A stretch of 59,528 bases of DNA from Patescibacteria group bacterium (GCA_038065295.1 JBBTRG010000007.1:1-59528); one strand, 5' to 3'. Shown: positions 18,583 through 28,614, counted from the stretch's first letter. Notes: generated by a model from the letters alone, not told the origin. Numbers and translations are program-made.

Positions 18583-19731
18583 TTATTGCCCTACGCTTTT
18601 CTTTAACGCCTCCAGGCCGGGGAGCGTGCCTTGCGCCAGAAAATCCAGCATCGCCCCACCTCCCGTGGAAACAAAAGTGTATTTATTGAGCAATTTATAA
18701 CGGCGCAAAACGGAAATAGTATCTCCGCCGCCCACAATGGTTTCCGCGTAAGCACGGAACAGTGCTTGGGCCATATCGCGGCTACCGTCCACAAACCCTT
18801 TTTCTATAACGCCAAATGGACCATTCCATAAAATAAACTTACTGCCCCGCATTTGATACTTGAATAATCTGACGGTTTCCGGCCCTATGTCATACATAAT
18901 ATCTTGGGCGGCCAAGTTCCTTACGGGAACAATATGCCTTCGGCCACCACGCAATACCACGGCATCCGAAGGCAAAAACAATTTCGCCGACTTTAGCATT
19001 TTTTTATCGGGCAGCACGCCCGCTTCCACGAAAGATCGTCCTATTTTCAAACCGCGGACTCTCAAAAAAATATTAGCCATGGCTCCGCCGATAAGTACCT
19101 TGTCCGCCCGCACAAATAACTTGGACAGCAAACCTATTTTAGTCGATAACTTTTTTCCTCCCAGAGCCAAAACAAAAGGATGCGGAGGAGTTAGCGCCTT
19201 ACTCAGGCGCCTGACTTCCTCCAAAAAAAGCGGCCCGGCATAAGACGGCAAAAGCCGCGGCACCCCCACCACCGAAGCGTGTTCCCGATGAGAGACGCTG
19301 AAAGCTTCGTTGACATAAATATCGGCGAGTCCGGACAACTTTTTGGAAAATACTCTGCCATTATTTTTTTCACGGCGGTCTTTTCGCAAATTCTCAAGCA
19401 ATAAAACATCTCCTCCGCGCATCAGATTAACCTGTTTTTGCGCATCCTTTCCCGCGACATCCGGCACAAAGCGCAATCGCGGCAGATATTTTTTTCTTAA
19501 ATATCCGGCTATTTTCGCAAACGAAGGAATACCGTCTTCGCCTTCCAAATGGCTCATCAAAATAACCTTGGCGCCCTTCCTTGTTAAACGCCGAATCAGA
19601 GGCAATGTTTTTATAATCCTAAAATCGTCCGTAATTTTACCGCCCTGGCAGGGTACATTAAAATCAACTCGAACCAGGATTTTTTTATCTTTTATCAGCG
19701 CATCGGACAAGTCAAAAATGAATTTTATCAT
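18583..19731 (-). CDS. pgk: phosphoglycerate kinase
   Basis: KKILVRVDFNVP and SHLGxx-type motifs, GGGDT near the C-terminus. True start is MIKFIFDL at 19731; the 75-codon N-terminal extension in the track overlaps tpiA. Confidence 0.9.
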   Translation of the reverse strand: MIKFIFDLSDALIKDKKILVRVDFNVPCQGGKITDDFRIIKTLPLIRRLTRKGAKVILMSHLEGEDGIPSFAKIAGYLRKKYLPRLRFVPDVAGKDAQKQVNLMRGGDVLLLENLRKDRREKNNGRVFSKKLSGLADIYVNEAFSVSHREHASVVGVPRLLPSYAGPLFLEEVRRLSKALTPPHPFVLALGGKKLSTKIGLLSKLFVRADKVLIGGAMANIFLRVRGLKIGRSFVEAGVLPDKKMLKSAKLFLPSDAVVLRGGRRHIVPVRNLAAQDIMYDIGPETVRLFKYQMRGSKFILWNGPFGVIEKGFVDGSRDMAQALFRAYAETIVGGGDTISVLRRYKLLNKYTFVSTGGGAMLDFLAQGTLPGLEALKKSVGQ

Positions 19732-19750
19732 AAAAAATTTTACGGAATGA

Positions 19751-20494
19751 TTATCGCGCCGCTTCCAATATTTTCTTGAACTTTTTCGCGTCCAAACTGG
19801 CGCCGCCCACCAAAAGCCCGTTGACGCCGTCCGCTTCCAAAAATGCGCGGGCATTTTTGTCGTCCACGGAGCCGCCATAAAGCACGGGCATATTATGCGC
19901 CGCTGGCTTGCCGAATATATCCAAAATAATACGCCGTATATAAATAGACATTTCAAACAAATTCTCCGGACTGTCTGGATGGCCCGTCCCTATGGCCCAA
20001 AGCGGCTCGTAAGCGACAATAATATTACGCGCCAATCTTTTGGAAATTCCCGCAAGCCCTGCCACCAGTTCCTGCCTAACCAAAGGAGGCAGTTCATCAG
20101 GCACTCTTTCGCGCTCGCCCACGCACAAAACCACTTTCAAGCCGACCTTAAGCGCCGCTTTTACTTTGTGGTTAATCATTTGGTCGGTTTCTCCAAGATG
20201 TTCCCTTCTTTCCGAATGGCCCAAAATAACATAACTTACGCCCATTTTTTTGAGCATTAAAGGAGAAATCTCTCCGGTAAACGCGCCGAATTCTTTCCAA
20301 AAAGCGTCCTGCGCACCGAGCTTCACGCCCATTCCGACTTTTTTGTATAACGCGCCCAAATAAACAAAAGGCGGACAGAAAACCACCTCCATGCCGCGCG
20401 ATGTCCGGCCCCGCTTTATTTCTTTAAGCAATTTCTCCGCCTCGCCCAAGGTCGCTGGATTCATTTTTAAATTGGCAATAATGATTTTTTTCAT
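19751..20494 (-). CDS. tpiA: triose-phosphate isomerase
   Basis: IIANLKMN, ILGHSERR and AYEPLWAIGTG motifs. Confidence 0.95.
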   Translation of the reverse strand: MKKIIIANLKMNPATLGEAEKLLKEIKRGRTSRGMEVVFCPPFVYLGALYKKVGMGVKLGAQDAFWKEFGAFTGEISPLMLKKMGVSYVILGHSERREHLGETDQMINHKVKAALKVGLKVVLCVGERERVPDELPPLVRQELVAGLAGISKRLARNIIVAYEPLWAIGTGHPDSPENLFEMSIYIRRIILDIFGKPAAHNMPVLYGGSVDDKNARAFLEADGVNGLLVGGASLDAKKFKKILEAAR

Positions 20495-20511
20495 AGAAAT
20501 CTTAAATTAAA

Positions 20512-21549
20512 TTATTTCTTGGCCAACCGAAGCATTTTGGCGGCTTCTTCGGGCGGTACCGACACCACCTCAACGCCCGTGCCGAATTCCAAGCCCGCCC
20601 ACACGCCGGTTTTGGGCAGAATTTCAAAATGCCAGTGATAATGCTCCATGTATTTGACCTTGGCCGGAGCGGTATGAATAAAAAAATTATAATCAGGACC
20701 ATCCAAAACTTTATCCAGGCGGCGCAACGCCTCCACCAGCGCCTCCGCCAGCCAAATGCGCTTGCGCTCATCCAATTCTTCAAAATGCGAAGCATGCCAT
20801 TTGGGATAAATCCTCAATTCAAAAGAAACGCGTGAAGCAAAAGGCGCCAGCACCACAAAATAATCATTTTGGAAAACAATACGGTTTTTTTTTGATAATT
20901 CCCATTCCAGCATGGTGCAATGCACGCAATGCCCGCATTTTTTGAAATAGCGTTCGGAACCCGCGAAACTTCGGGAAACATCCGGCGGAATTATAGGCAT
21001 GGCAATTAATTGCGAATGGGGATGCGCTATGGATGCGCCCGCCCCTGCCCCATGATTATGAAAAATTAAAATATATTCCACGCATTTTTCCTTTTTTAAG
21101 CTCAAATAACGGTTTTGATAGGCACACAAAACAAGCTCCGCCTCCTTGTGGCTCATCTCTCCCAAACTGCGGTCATGCGGACGGGTAATAATAACGTCAT
21201 GAAAACCCACGCCGTTGAAAAAATTATAATGATTGCGCGATATCTGACTCGGACATACCTTGCTCGGCGAGAGCGCGGGAAATTTATTGGGAATAATTTG
21301 CACAAACCAATTTTTAAATTCTGGCTTTTTTACTCCGGACTTTAAATGCTCCAAACCATACCACAAAACAGGATTAGGATTGCCTTTTTTTTGAGGATTG
21401 TCAAAAGGGCAATTTTTTTTGGAAATATTTTTCCAGGAAGAACCTTTTTTATTATTAAACACATTGGGCCTCCTGCCGCGGCGCGAAGCCACCAATATCC
21501 AGTCGCCGCTCACCATATCCTCCCTAAATTCCGAAACCGGTTTTTTCAT
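20512..21549 (-). CDS. galT: galactose-1-phosphate uridylyltransferase-like (GalT/HIT superfamily) nucleotidyltransferase
   Basis: Active-site HPHSQL (HxHxQ), FHNHGAGAGAS upstream, and a duplicated half-barrel architecture. Confidence 0.75.
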   Translation of the reverse strand: MKKPVSEFREDMVSGDWILVASRRGRRPNVFNNKKGSSWKNISKKNCPFDNPQKKGNPNPVLWYGLEHLKSGVKKPEFKNWFVQIIPNKFPALSPSKVCPSQISRNHYNFFNGVGFHDVIITRPHDRSLGEMSHKEAELVLCAYQNRYLSLKKEKCVEYILIFHNHGAGAGASIAHPHSQLIAMPIIPPDVSRSFAGSERYFKKCGHCVHCTMLEWELSKKNRIVFQNDYFVVLAPFASRVSFELRIYPKWHASHFEELDERKRIWLAEALVEALRRLDKVLDGPDYNFFIHTAPAKVKYMEHYHWHFEILPKTGVWAGLEFGTGVEVVSVPPEEAAKMLRLAKK

Positions 21550-21555
21550 GAAATT

Positions 21556-22299
21556 TTATAAATTATATTTTCCACTTATGATGTACCAGCGCACGCGTAC
21601 CGTTTCCCACAGTACCTGAAAATAAGCCGACATTTTCACATGACTCTCCGGATCATTCTGCCAAAAAGCGGGAATAATGCCGATTTTATAATGCAATTGG
21701 CGCGCCAAGGCCAGCGCTTCAACATCAAAGCCCCAACGATCAATTCGGCTCCGAGAAAATATTTCTTTCGCCGCATAATCGCGAAAAGCTTTAAATCCGC
21801 ATTGCGTATCCCAAACCCCCCGCACCGCCACTGTTTGTATAAAAAGGTTTCCCATATGCCCCAATAAGCGCTTTAACGCTCCTTGCGGCACATCCTGACG
21901 CGCCCCCGCCGCGTCGCGGGGATTGCGCGAAGCGATAACCGCGTCATAACCGCCGCCAAACAACGGACGCATTTTATCGAAATGCACGATATCCGTTGAA
22001 TTATCCGCGTCCGTAAAAAGCCTTATCCTGCCGCGAGCGGCAAGCATTCCTTCACGTACCGTGTAGCCCTTGCCGCGGTTTTCCTTGCGGTCAATCACGG
22101 ACAAATGAAAAATTTTTCCAGCCGCATCGCGCGCCACATCAGCCGTTGTGTCTTTAGAGCCATCACTCACGACTATAATCTCATAGGTATAAGCCTGGCG
22201 CGAAAGATGGGCTGATATTTTTTCCAAAGTCTTGCCTATGCGCCGTTCTTCATTATAAGCCGGAATAATTACCGACAAAAAAATCTCACCGCTGTTCAT
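21556..22299 (-). CDS. family-2 glycosyltransferase (polyprenyl-phosphate hexosyltransferase-like)
   Basis: SVIIPAYNEE, VVSDGSKD and FTDADNS (DxD) motifs. Start at MNSGEIF, 13 nt after the ruvX stop. Confidence 0.8.
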   Translation of the reverse strand: MNSGEIFLSVIIPAYNEERRIGKTLEKISAHLSRQAYTYEIIVVSDGSKDTTADVARDAAGKIFHLSVIDRKENRGKGYTVREGMLAARGRIRLFTDADNSTDIVHFDKMRPLFGGGYDAVIASRNPRDAAGARQDVPQGALKRLLGHMGNLFIQTVAVRGVWDTQCGFKAFRDYAAKEIFSRSRIDRWGFDVEALALARQLHYKIGIIPAFWQNDPESHVKMSAYFQVLWETVRVRWYIISGKYNL

Positions 22300-22312
22300 A
22301 TTATTTATTATA

Positions 22313-22696
22313 TCACCCCTTTTTGAGATAGCTATCCAAAATAAGAGCGGCTGCTGATGCGTCAATTTTTTTGTGATGACCCTGAAAATGCTCCGCTTCT
22401 TTGGTTGAAAGCATTTCGTTCTGTAAAATTATTTCCAATCCGATTTCTTCCCGCAGCTTGGCACCAAAGGCACGCACCTCCCTGGTCATGGCGGTTTCCC
22501 TGCCTTGAAGGTCTAATGGCAATCCTAAAATAATCTTTCCCACGGCTTCTTTCTCGCAAAGCTCGCGTATACGGCCCCAAGTTTTGAGATCATTGCTTAT
22601 GATCCCGTGAGGAAAAGCCATGCGTCCGCCTTCGTCGGTCAACGCCACGCCTATTCTTTTTTCTCCGTAATCAATGCCCAAATACCGCATAAACAA
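22313..22696 (-). CDS. ruvX: Holliday junction resolvase-like RuvX (YqgF)
   Basis: YLGIDYGEKRIGVALTD N-terminal motif; 127 aa. Confidence 0.85.
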   Translation of the reverse strand: MFMRYLGIDYGEKRIGVALTDEGGRMAFPHGIISNDLKTWGRIRELCEKEAVGKIILGLPLDLQGRETAMTREVRAFGAKLREEIGLEIILQNEMLSTKEAEHFQGHHKKIDASAAALILDSYLKKG

Positions 22697-22701
22697 AACG
22701 C

Positions 22702-23463
22702 TTATATTTTAGTCAGAATCTCCGCTCCATTTTTGGCAACTACCACCGTGTGCTCAAAATGAGCCGAACGCGCCCCATCGGCGGTCAGCCATGCCCAGCC
22801 GTCTTTGCCCAATTTTATCCTGGGACTGCCCAAAACCACCATCGGCTCTAATGCCAAAACCGTGCCTTCTTTGATTAATTCTCCAAAACCGGCGCGCCCC
22901 CAATTGGGAACCTCGGGATTTTCGTGCACCGCCTTACCCACGCCATGCCCTACCAATTCCCGCACCACATCAAATCCATGATCCTTTACATATGAATGTA
23001 TGGCGCTACCCACATCTCCCAAACGACACCCAGCATGGAGAGCGGCGATGCCCTTGGCCAAAGACGCTTTCGTAACTTCAATTAATTTTTGAGATTCTTT
23101 GTCTATGACGCCTACCGGAACAGTGATCGCCGTATCCGTATATAATCCATCCCAACGCATGCCTATATCCAAACCTATGATATCGCCATCTTTTAACGTG
23201 CGAGGCCCTGGAATCGCGTGTACTATTTCATCGTTTATAGAAGTGCAAAGCACCGCGGGGTAGGGGAAGCGCGCTCCACCGGTACTATAACCCTTGAAAG
23301 ACGGCGCGCCTCCGGCAGAACGGATAAGCTCTTCAGCATATTCATTCAACTCCGAAGTTGAAACTCCCGGAGCCACTTTTTCCGAAATTTTATGCAAAAT
23401 TTGGGCAAGGCGCTTGCCCCCCTCCCGCAAAATAAGCAGTTCGTTTTCTGTTTTTATTTTCAT
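22702..23463 (-). CDS. map: type I methionine aminopeptidase
   Basis: Pita-bread fold motifs: IVHAIP, DIIGLDIG, GHGVG, ALEPM and FEHTV. Confidence 0.92.
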   Translation of the reverse strand: MKIKTENELLILREGGKRLAQILHKISEKVAPGVSTSELNEYAEELIRSAGGAPSFKGYSTGGARFPYPAVLCTSINDEIVHAIPGPRTLKDGDIIGLDIGMRWDGLYTDTAITVPVGVIDKESQKLIEVTKASLAKGIAALHAGCRLGDVGSAIHSYVKDHGFDVVRELVGHGVGKAVHENPEVPNWGRAGFGELIKEGTVLALEPMVVLGSPRIKLGKDGWAWLTADGARSAHFEHTVVVAKNGAEILTKI

Positions 23464-24080
23464 GCTTTTTCCAGTCCCAGGGCAGCCAAAATATTTTTGT
23501 GGATTAATGCCGGATCACGGACATTGCCGTCTATATGAATAAGTTTATTGGCGCTCTCCTTTTCGTAATAATTTATAGCCGGCACCACATATTCCTCGTA
23601 ATACGCCAAGCGATTTTTTATCTGGCTTTCGGTATCATCCGCCCTACCGCGGCTCTTCATGCGGAAAAAAACTTCTTCGGCGCCGACATCCAACCAAATC
23701 GGAAAAACCGAGTTTCTTTCGTAAAAATTAAAAGCTTCGTCCAGCAGTTTCGCTTCAATCACGGTACGAGGCGAGCCATCCAACATAATATGTCGTTTCT
23801 CATCCATTCCCTCCACGAACTTGCCCGACCACACCCATACTGCCACGAAGTCGGGCGCCTTGGCGCCGGCCTTCATAACTTTCTCGTCCACCAAACGCGC
23901 GGTAAGCAATTCCTTACGCTTGGTCAGTTCACGCAATCCTTCTCCGGTATAAATATAGAAGACTCTCCCTTCGCCATCCCGCTTCTCCAAATATTTTTTC
24001 AACAAATCGGCCTGCGTGCCTTTACCGCAGCCAGAACGCCCTATAAAAATAACGTTAACTGGTTTATCCATAGCATACAT
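23460..24080 (-). CDS. adk: adenylate kinase-like NMP kinase, paralogue 1 (short LID)
   Basis: P-loop FIGRSGCGKGTQ, LDGSPRT, and a short LID RGRADDTESQIKNRL. Start taken at an internal ATG (MYAMDKPV). Confidence 0.75.
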   Translation of the reverse strand: MYAMDKPVNVIFIGRSGCGKGTQADLLKKYLEKRDGEGRVFYIYTGEGLRELTKRKELLTARLVDEKVMKAGAKAPDFVAVWVWSGKFVEGMDEKRHIMLDGSPRTVIEAKLLDEAFNFYERNSVFPIWLDVGAEEVFFRMKSRGRADDTESQIKNRLAYYEEYVVPAINYYEKESANKLIHIDGNVRDPALIHKNILAALGLEKA

Positions 24081-24135
24081 TATATCACTTTTTAATATAT
24101 CAAAAACCTCTTGCCGATTGGCAAAAGGTTTTAAT

Positions 24136-24756
24136 TTAAAATGGCACATCTTCAAAATCGCGACCGATCCAAGCAATTACCTCCTGATGCACCTCACGCG
24201 GAGATTTTCCATCAGACTGCAGTAACCTAAAAGTATTCCATGCGCGATAATGCTGTTTTAAAACATCTTGTGCCGGCACCACATGATTTTTATAAAATGC
24301 CATCCGATTTTGAATATTTCCCGGCGTATCATCGGCGCGTCCGCGCAAACTCATGCGCTGCGCGACCTCCTCCGCAGAAACATCCAAAACAAACGGATAA
24401 ACACGCAAACGGCCATAAAACTGTAACGCCTCAATTATGACTTTTGCCTCAAGCTCCGTGCGCGGCGCTCCGTCCAAGATCACATGTTGATCCGCAGACA
24501 AATACTTAACAAAAATGTCGCCCCACGCCCAAATCGGCAAAAATACCGGCGCCAGCCCTCCGGCCCGCATAACCTTTTTATCAATCAGACGCGCGGTTTC
24601 ATTGTTAGACCGCATCACTGTCCGCATCTGGTCGCCCGTAGAAACATGGATCACTTTTTGACCTGTGGTTCTTTCCAGATATTCTTTCAGCAATCTGCTT
24701 TGCGTGCCCTTGCCGCAGCCAGAGCGGCCAATAAACATTACGGTAATTGTTGCCAC
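24136..24756 (-). CDS. adk: adenylate kinase-like NMP kinase, paralogue 2 (short LID)
   Basis: P-loop FIGRSGCGKGTQ, LDGAPRT, and LID RGRADDTPGNIQNRM. GTG start with AAGGAGG 9 nt upstream. Confidence 0.75.
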   Translation of the reverse strand: MATITVMFIGRSGCGKGTQSRLLKEYLERTTGQKVIHVSTGDQMRTVMRSNNETARLIDKKVMRAGGLAPVFLPIWAWGDIFVKYLSADQHVILDGAPRTELEAKVIIEALQFYGRLRVYPFVLDVSAEEVAQRMSLRGRADDTPGNIQNRMAFYKNHVVPAQDVLKQHYRAWNTFRLLQSDGKSPREVHQEVIAWIGRDFEDVPF

Positions 24757-24804
24757 AATTCATCCTCCTTTAAAAGAACATTCCTTCAATGCTACTCCGA
24801 GGCC

Positions 24805-24840
24805 AAATAAAAAACAACCCGCCCTGGGCGGGTTGTTTTA
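24805..24840 (-). terminator. intrinsic terminator after secY
   Basis: 13-bp stem aaaacaacccgcc/ggcgggttgtttt with a 3-nt loop and a T-run on the minus strand, 24 nt after the secY stop. Confidence 0.7.
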
Positions 24841-24863
24841 ATTAAATCCAAAAAATGGTTTAT

Positions 24864-26129
24864 TTAATCGTACTCCCTCATCACTGCCTGCGCTTCTATT
24901 TTTTTGACCGTATCCAACACCACCGATACCACGATCAAAAGCGCGGTGCCTCCGATGGTGAGCGCCGCCATGCCGGTAATAGCTCTCACTGCCAACGGCA
25001 ACACCGCGATGAGCCCCAAAAAAATGGCGCCTATCAAAGTAATACGGCTCAATATTTTTTCTATAAATTCGGCGGTAGAATGGCCAGGACGAATACCGGG
25101 AACAAAAGCCCCGCTTTTCTGCAAATTCTCCGAAATAGCGTGCGGATCAAACGTTACCGCAGTATAAAAATAAGTAAAAAGGAACACTAAAACGAAATAA
25201 AGCGTGGCATAAATCCAGGGATTGTTAAAAAAAGCGAAAATTGATCCGAAAACCGCCTGCGTAGTAGGACCGCCTACTCCGGAAAGCGCGGTAGCAATCA
25301 TCTGAGGAAACAGCAAAATAGACAAAGCGAAAATAATGGGAATCACTCCGGCTTGATTTACTTTCAACGGCAGATAAGTAGACATGCCTCCGTAAACTCT
25401 CATGCCGCGTACTCGTTTCGCATAAGAGACCGGCAACGGACGCTCTCCTTCGGTAATTACCACAACGGCGACCACCGTCGCTATCGCGGCTATCAAAAAT
25501 CCCACGAGCATTGGCGCCATAGCGGGCGTAAAAGAAAATAAAGTCTGGCGTATAGCTTGCGGAATAGCGGAAACTATTCCGGCAAAAATCATAATGGAAA
25601 CGCCGTTGCCTATGCCGTATTCCGAGATCAATTCGCCCAGCCACATCAAAAACACCGCGCCCGCGGTAACTACCACCACATTGGCTATACGATCAAGCAA
25701 AGTAAGATTTATCAAAACACCCTGCCGTTCCAATAAAGACAACAAGGCAAGTCCCTGGAGCACCGCCAAAGGCAGAGTAAAAATGCGCGAATATTGATTG
25801 AATTTTTGCCTCCCCGCCTCGCCCTCTTCATGATAAAGCTCCTTTAACTTGGGGAAAATCATGGTTAAAAGCTGCATAATAATGGAGGATGTGATATAAG
25901 GCCCGACTCCCAACATCACCACGGACAAATTATCCAAGGCTCCACCGGAAAAAATATTTAAAAGCCCGAAAAACTGATTTCCGGCAAAAAATGACTTCAG
26001 CCGTATAATATCCACGCCGGGAATGGGAATAGCCGCTCCCAATCTGAAAATCGCCAAAATGCCCAAAACAAATAAAATCTTTTTGCGCAAATCCGGGTCT
26101 TTAAAAATTATGCGAAGCTTCTCAAACAT
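24864..26129 (-). CDS. secY: preprotein translocase SecY
   Basis: 421 aa, 10 TM helices, conserved LNIFSGGAL and GIGNGVS regions. Sits at the end of the spc operon. Confidence 0.95.
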   Translation of the reverse strand: MFEKLRIIFKDPDLRKKILFVLGILAIFRLGAAIPIPGVDIIRLKSFFAGNQFFGLLNIFSGGALDNLSVVMLGVGPYITSSIIMQLLTMIFPKLKELYHEEGEAGRQKFNQYSRIFTLPLAVLQGLALLSLLERQGVLINLTLLDRIANVVVVTAGAVFLMWLGELISEYGIGNGVSIMIFAGIVSAIPQAIRQTLFSFTPAMAPMLVGFLIAAIATVVAVVVITEGERPLPVSYAKRVRGMRVYGGMSTYLPLKVNQAGVIPIIFALSILLFPQMIATALSGVGGPTTQAVFGSIFAFFNNPWIYATLYFVLVFLFTYFYTAVTFDPHAISENLQKSGAFVPGIRPGHSTAEFIEKILSRITLIGAIFLGLIAVLPLAVRAITGMAALTIGGTALLIVVSVVLDTVKKIEAQAVMREYD

Positions 26130-26141
26130 TCAAATAAAAAA

Positions 26142-26573
26142 TTATTTAACTTTGCCGCCGGCTTTTTCAACGGCCGCTTTCGCCGATTTGGAAATCTGGC
26201 ATTTTACAACCAATAATTTTTTAGACAATTCTCCCGACCCTAAAATCTTGACCGATGGGCGCCTTCCGCCAACCGGTTTCAACAATCCTTTTTCATCCAG
26301 CGTCTTGGGGCTTACCGTTTCCGAATCTTTATAGTGCCGATTTAAAACCTCCAAATTAATCACCGCCGGCTTTTCCTGGATGGAGGGCGCGCGATAGCCG
26401 CGCTTTTTGGGCAGTTTCTTTAAAATATCGCGTAATTCCGGACGCATCCTGTGGCCGGCACGGGCTTTCTGCCCCTTGGTGCCGCGCCCGGAAAATGTGC
26501 CGCGTTTTCCGCCGCGGCCGACGCGCTTTTTAGATTTATTTTTTGTTGTTGGACGCAGTTCGTGCAGTTGCAT
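26142..26573 (-). CDS. rplO: 50S ribosomal protein L15
   Basis: KKRVGRGGKRGTFSGRGTKGQKAR motif and operon position. Confidence 0.93.
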   Translation of the reverse strand: MQLHELRPTTKNKSKKRVGRGGKRGTFSGRGTKGQKARAGHRMRPELRDILKKLPKKRGYRAPSIQEKPAVINLEVLNRHYKDSETVSPKTLDEKGLLKPVGGRRPSVKILGSGELSKKLLVVKCQISKSAKAAVEKAGGKVK

Positions 26574-27060
26574 ATTTAAATGTTTTTAACGCTTCTAGCG
26601 TTGCCTTTGCATTATTAATTTTATTTTTGGTATGGGACAAAATTTTGGCGGTAATGTTCCTGATGCCTCCCAAATCGCATATCACGCGCACCGCGCTGCC
26701 CGCCACAATGCCCCTGCCTTCCACCGCCGGACGCATTAAAATGTGACCCGGCCCCCATTTGGCAAATACCTCGTGAGGAATGGAGCCTTCCTTGGTAATC
26801 GGAATGGAAATTAAATGTTTTTTGGCGTCCCGGAAAGCCTTATCTATGGATATGGCCGTATCCGCGCCCTTGCCCATGCCCAAACCTACGCGGCCATGAC
26901 GGTCTCCGATAATCAAAGTAGCCCTGAAATTAAAACGCCTACCCCCGGACACGACTCTCGCCACCCTGCGCAAGTCTATCAATTTTTGATCAAACTCCGC
27001 GAATTTCGCGCTGTCCTTGCCCGGAAAACGATTTCTTGATTTTTTTGTCTCAAACGCCAT
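26536..27060 (-). CDS. rpsE: 30S ribosomal protein S5
   Basis: LIDLRRVARVVSGGRRFNFRA...GDRHGRVGLGMGKG motif and operon position. Its 3' end overlaps the rplO start. Confidence 0.93.
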   Translation of the reverse strand: MAFETKKSRNRFPGKDSAKFAEFDQKLIDLRRVARVVSGGRRFNFRATLIIGDRHGRVGLGMGKGADTAISIDKAFRDAKKHLISIPITKEGSIPHEVFAKWGPGHILMRPAVEGRGIVAGSAVRVICDLGGIRNITAKILSHTKNKINNAKATLEALKTFKYATARTASNNKK

Positions 27061-27070
27061 ATCTAATAAA

Positions 27071-27445
27071 TTAAAATTCTAATCCTCCTTCGCGGGCTCC
27101 TTCAGCCGCGGCTTTAATCCTGCCATGATAAGCAAAACCTCCCCGATCAAAAACTACTCTTTTAACGCCTTTTTGAATAGCCGCTTCGGCAAAAGACTTG
27201 CCCAACACGCGTGCCGTATCAGTTTTAGCCGTTTTTTTAGCGGACTTTTCTTCTTTCTTTTTTCCGCCTTTTTCAAAATCACCCATACCTAAAACGGTTT
27301 TTTTCGCGTCATCATCTATCAATTGCAAAAAAATATGCTTATTTGACCGGAAAACCGAAAAACGCAGGCGGTCTTTCACTCCTTTTATCTTGCCTCGCAC
27401 GCGCCTGTGGCGCGTAATTCTCATGGCCTGTTTGGTCGCTTTCAT
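27071..27445 (-). CDS. rplR: 50S ribosomal protein L18
   Basis: [20 protein letters not shown]...[14 protein letters not shown]. Confidence 0.93.
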   Translation of the reverse strand: MKATKQAMRITRHRRVRGKIKGVKDRLRFSVFRSNKHIFLQLIDDDAKKTVLGMGDFEKGGKKKEEKSAKKTAKTDTARVLGKSFAEAAIQKGVKRVVFDRGGFAYHGRIKAAAEGAREGGLEF

Positions 27446-27450
27446 AATGT

Positions 27451-27993
27451 TTATGCGGATGCCGCGGCTTTCTTGCCGGCCTTCCTTCTGATAATTTCTC
27501 CCAAATAATGAATGCCTTTGCCCTTGTACGGATCGGGTTTTTTATGGGCGCGGATTTTCGCCGCCATCTCTCCCACCAACTCCTTATCAATGCCAGAAAC
27601 CGTAATAAGATTTTTTTCCACCGTAAATTTTATGCCCTCCGGCGCCAACACTTCCACCGGATGTGAAAAACCGAGATTTAAAATCAGCTTGCCGTTTTCT
27701 TCTTTGGCCTTATAGCCGATGCCTTCTATTTCCAACTTCTTCACAAAACCTTGGGTTACGCCCTCTATCATATTTTGGATATGCGAAGCGTAAGTGCCCC
27801 ACAAAGTAAAAGCCAGCTTGGAATCTTTCCGCACGCTGCAGACAACTTCATTGTCCTTAACCGCAATATTTATATCATCTCTAAATTGCCGGGACATATT
27901 GCCCTTGGGCCCCTTGACTTGCACCATTCCGTCTTCTACGGCAACCGTTACGCCGCTTGGAATGCTTATTGGTTTTTTGCCTATTCTGCTCAT
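27451..27993 (-). CDS. rplF: 50S ribosomal protein L6
   Basis: [15 protein letters not shown] start and a duplicated L6 domain. The track's N-terminal extension overlaps rpsH. Confidence 0.93.
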   Translation of the reverse strand: MSRIGKKPISIPSGVTVAVEDGMVQVKGPKGNMSRQFRDDINIAVKDNEVVCSVRKDSKLAFTLWGTYASHIQNMIEGVTQGFVKKLEIEGIGYKAKEENGKLILNLGFSHPVEVLAPEGIKFTVEKNLITVSGIDKELVGEMAAKIRAHKKPDPYKGKGIHYLGEIIRRKAGKKAAASA

Positions 27994-28006
27994 AAAATAT
28001 TTCCAA

Positions 28007-28396
28007 TTACCATATTTCAAAAAATACCTCGCCCCCCAAATGCTTTTTGCGCGCCTCGTCATCGGTTATCAATCCCTTGGAGGTGGAAATTATGGCCATG
28101 CCGGTCCCGTTCCTCACGGGGCGCAATTCACGGCTAGACTTGTAAACTCTCTTGGATAATTTGGACAAACGGCGCAATCCGTTTATTCTGCCCGCCCCAT
28201 CCTCGCCGTACACTAAATTAATACTGATGCTTTTGCGTAATTTTTTCCCGCGCTTGGCTATTTCTCCCACAAAACCACGGGTCTGCAAAATTTTGGCGAT
28301 CTCCATTCTTAATTTTGAATGCGGAACTTCCACGCTGTCTTTTTTGACGGCTTGCGCGTTCTTAATCCTTATTAACATGTCAGATATGGTATCCAT
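28007..28396 (-). CDS. rpsH: 30S ribosomal protein S8
   Basis: DTISDMLIRIKNA N-terminus and GGEVFFEIW C-terminus. Confidence 0.95.
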   Translation of the reverse strand: MDTISDMLIRIKNAQAVKKDSVEVPHSKLRMEIAKILQTRGFVGEIAKRGKKLRKSISINLVYGEDGAGRINGLRRLSKLSKRVYKSSRELRPVRNGTGMAIISTSKGLITDDEARKKHLGGEVFFEIW

Positions 28397-28410
28397 AATT
28401 TAAATCGCGG

Positions 28411-28596
28411 TTACCAGCTGGATTTTTTAATCCCCGGCAATAAACCTTCATTGGCCAACTCCCGAAAACAAATGCGGCACAAATCAAAATCGCGCAAAAA
28501 TCCATGCTTGCGCCCGCAACGAAAACAGCGGCGCACTATGCGCGTGGAATATTTCGGCTTCTTTTTTGCTCTGGCTACGACTGATGTTTTGGCCAT
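28411..28596 (-). CDS. rpsN: 30S ribosomal protein S14, type Z (zinc-binding)
   Basis: 61 aa with CFRCGRKHG...CRIC zinc ribbon. Confidence 0.93.
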   Translation of the reverse strand: MAKTSVVARAKKKPKYSTRIVRRCFRCGRKHGFLRDFDLCRICFRELANEGLLPGIKKSSW

Positions 28597-28614
28597 ACTA
28601 ATTCATTAAAATAT

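Noticed and set aside
19732-19956. N-terminal extensions in the ORF track for pgk. The same applies to rplE (29152-29274), rplF (27994-28062), rpsL (39564-39599), NUDIX (9467-9565), comEC (15415-15468), thiI (8369-8413) and adk paralogue 1 (24081-24176).
   Set aside because: The extensions overlap the upstream gene, lack homology to the protein family, and an internal ATG aligns with the canonical N-terminus. I used the shorter coordinates.
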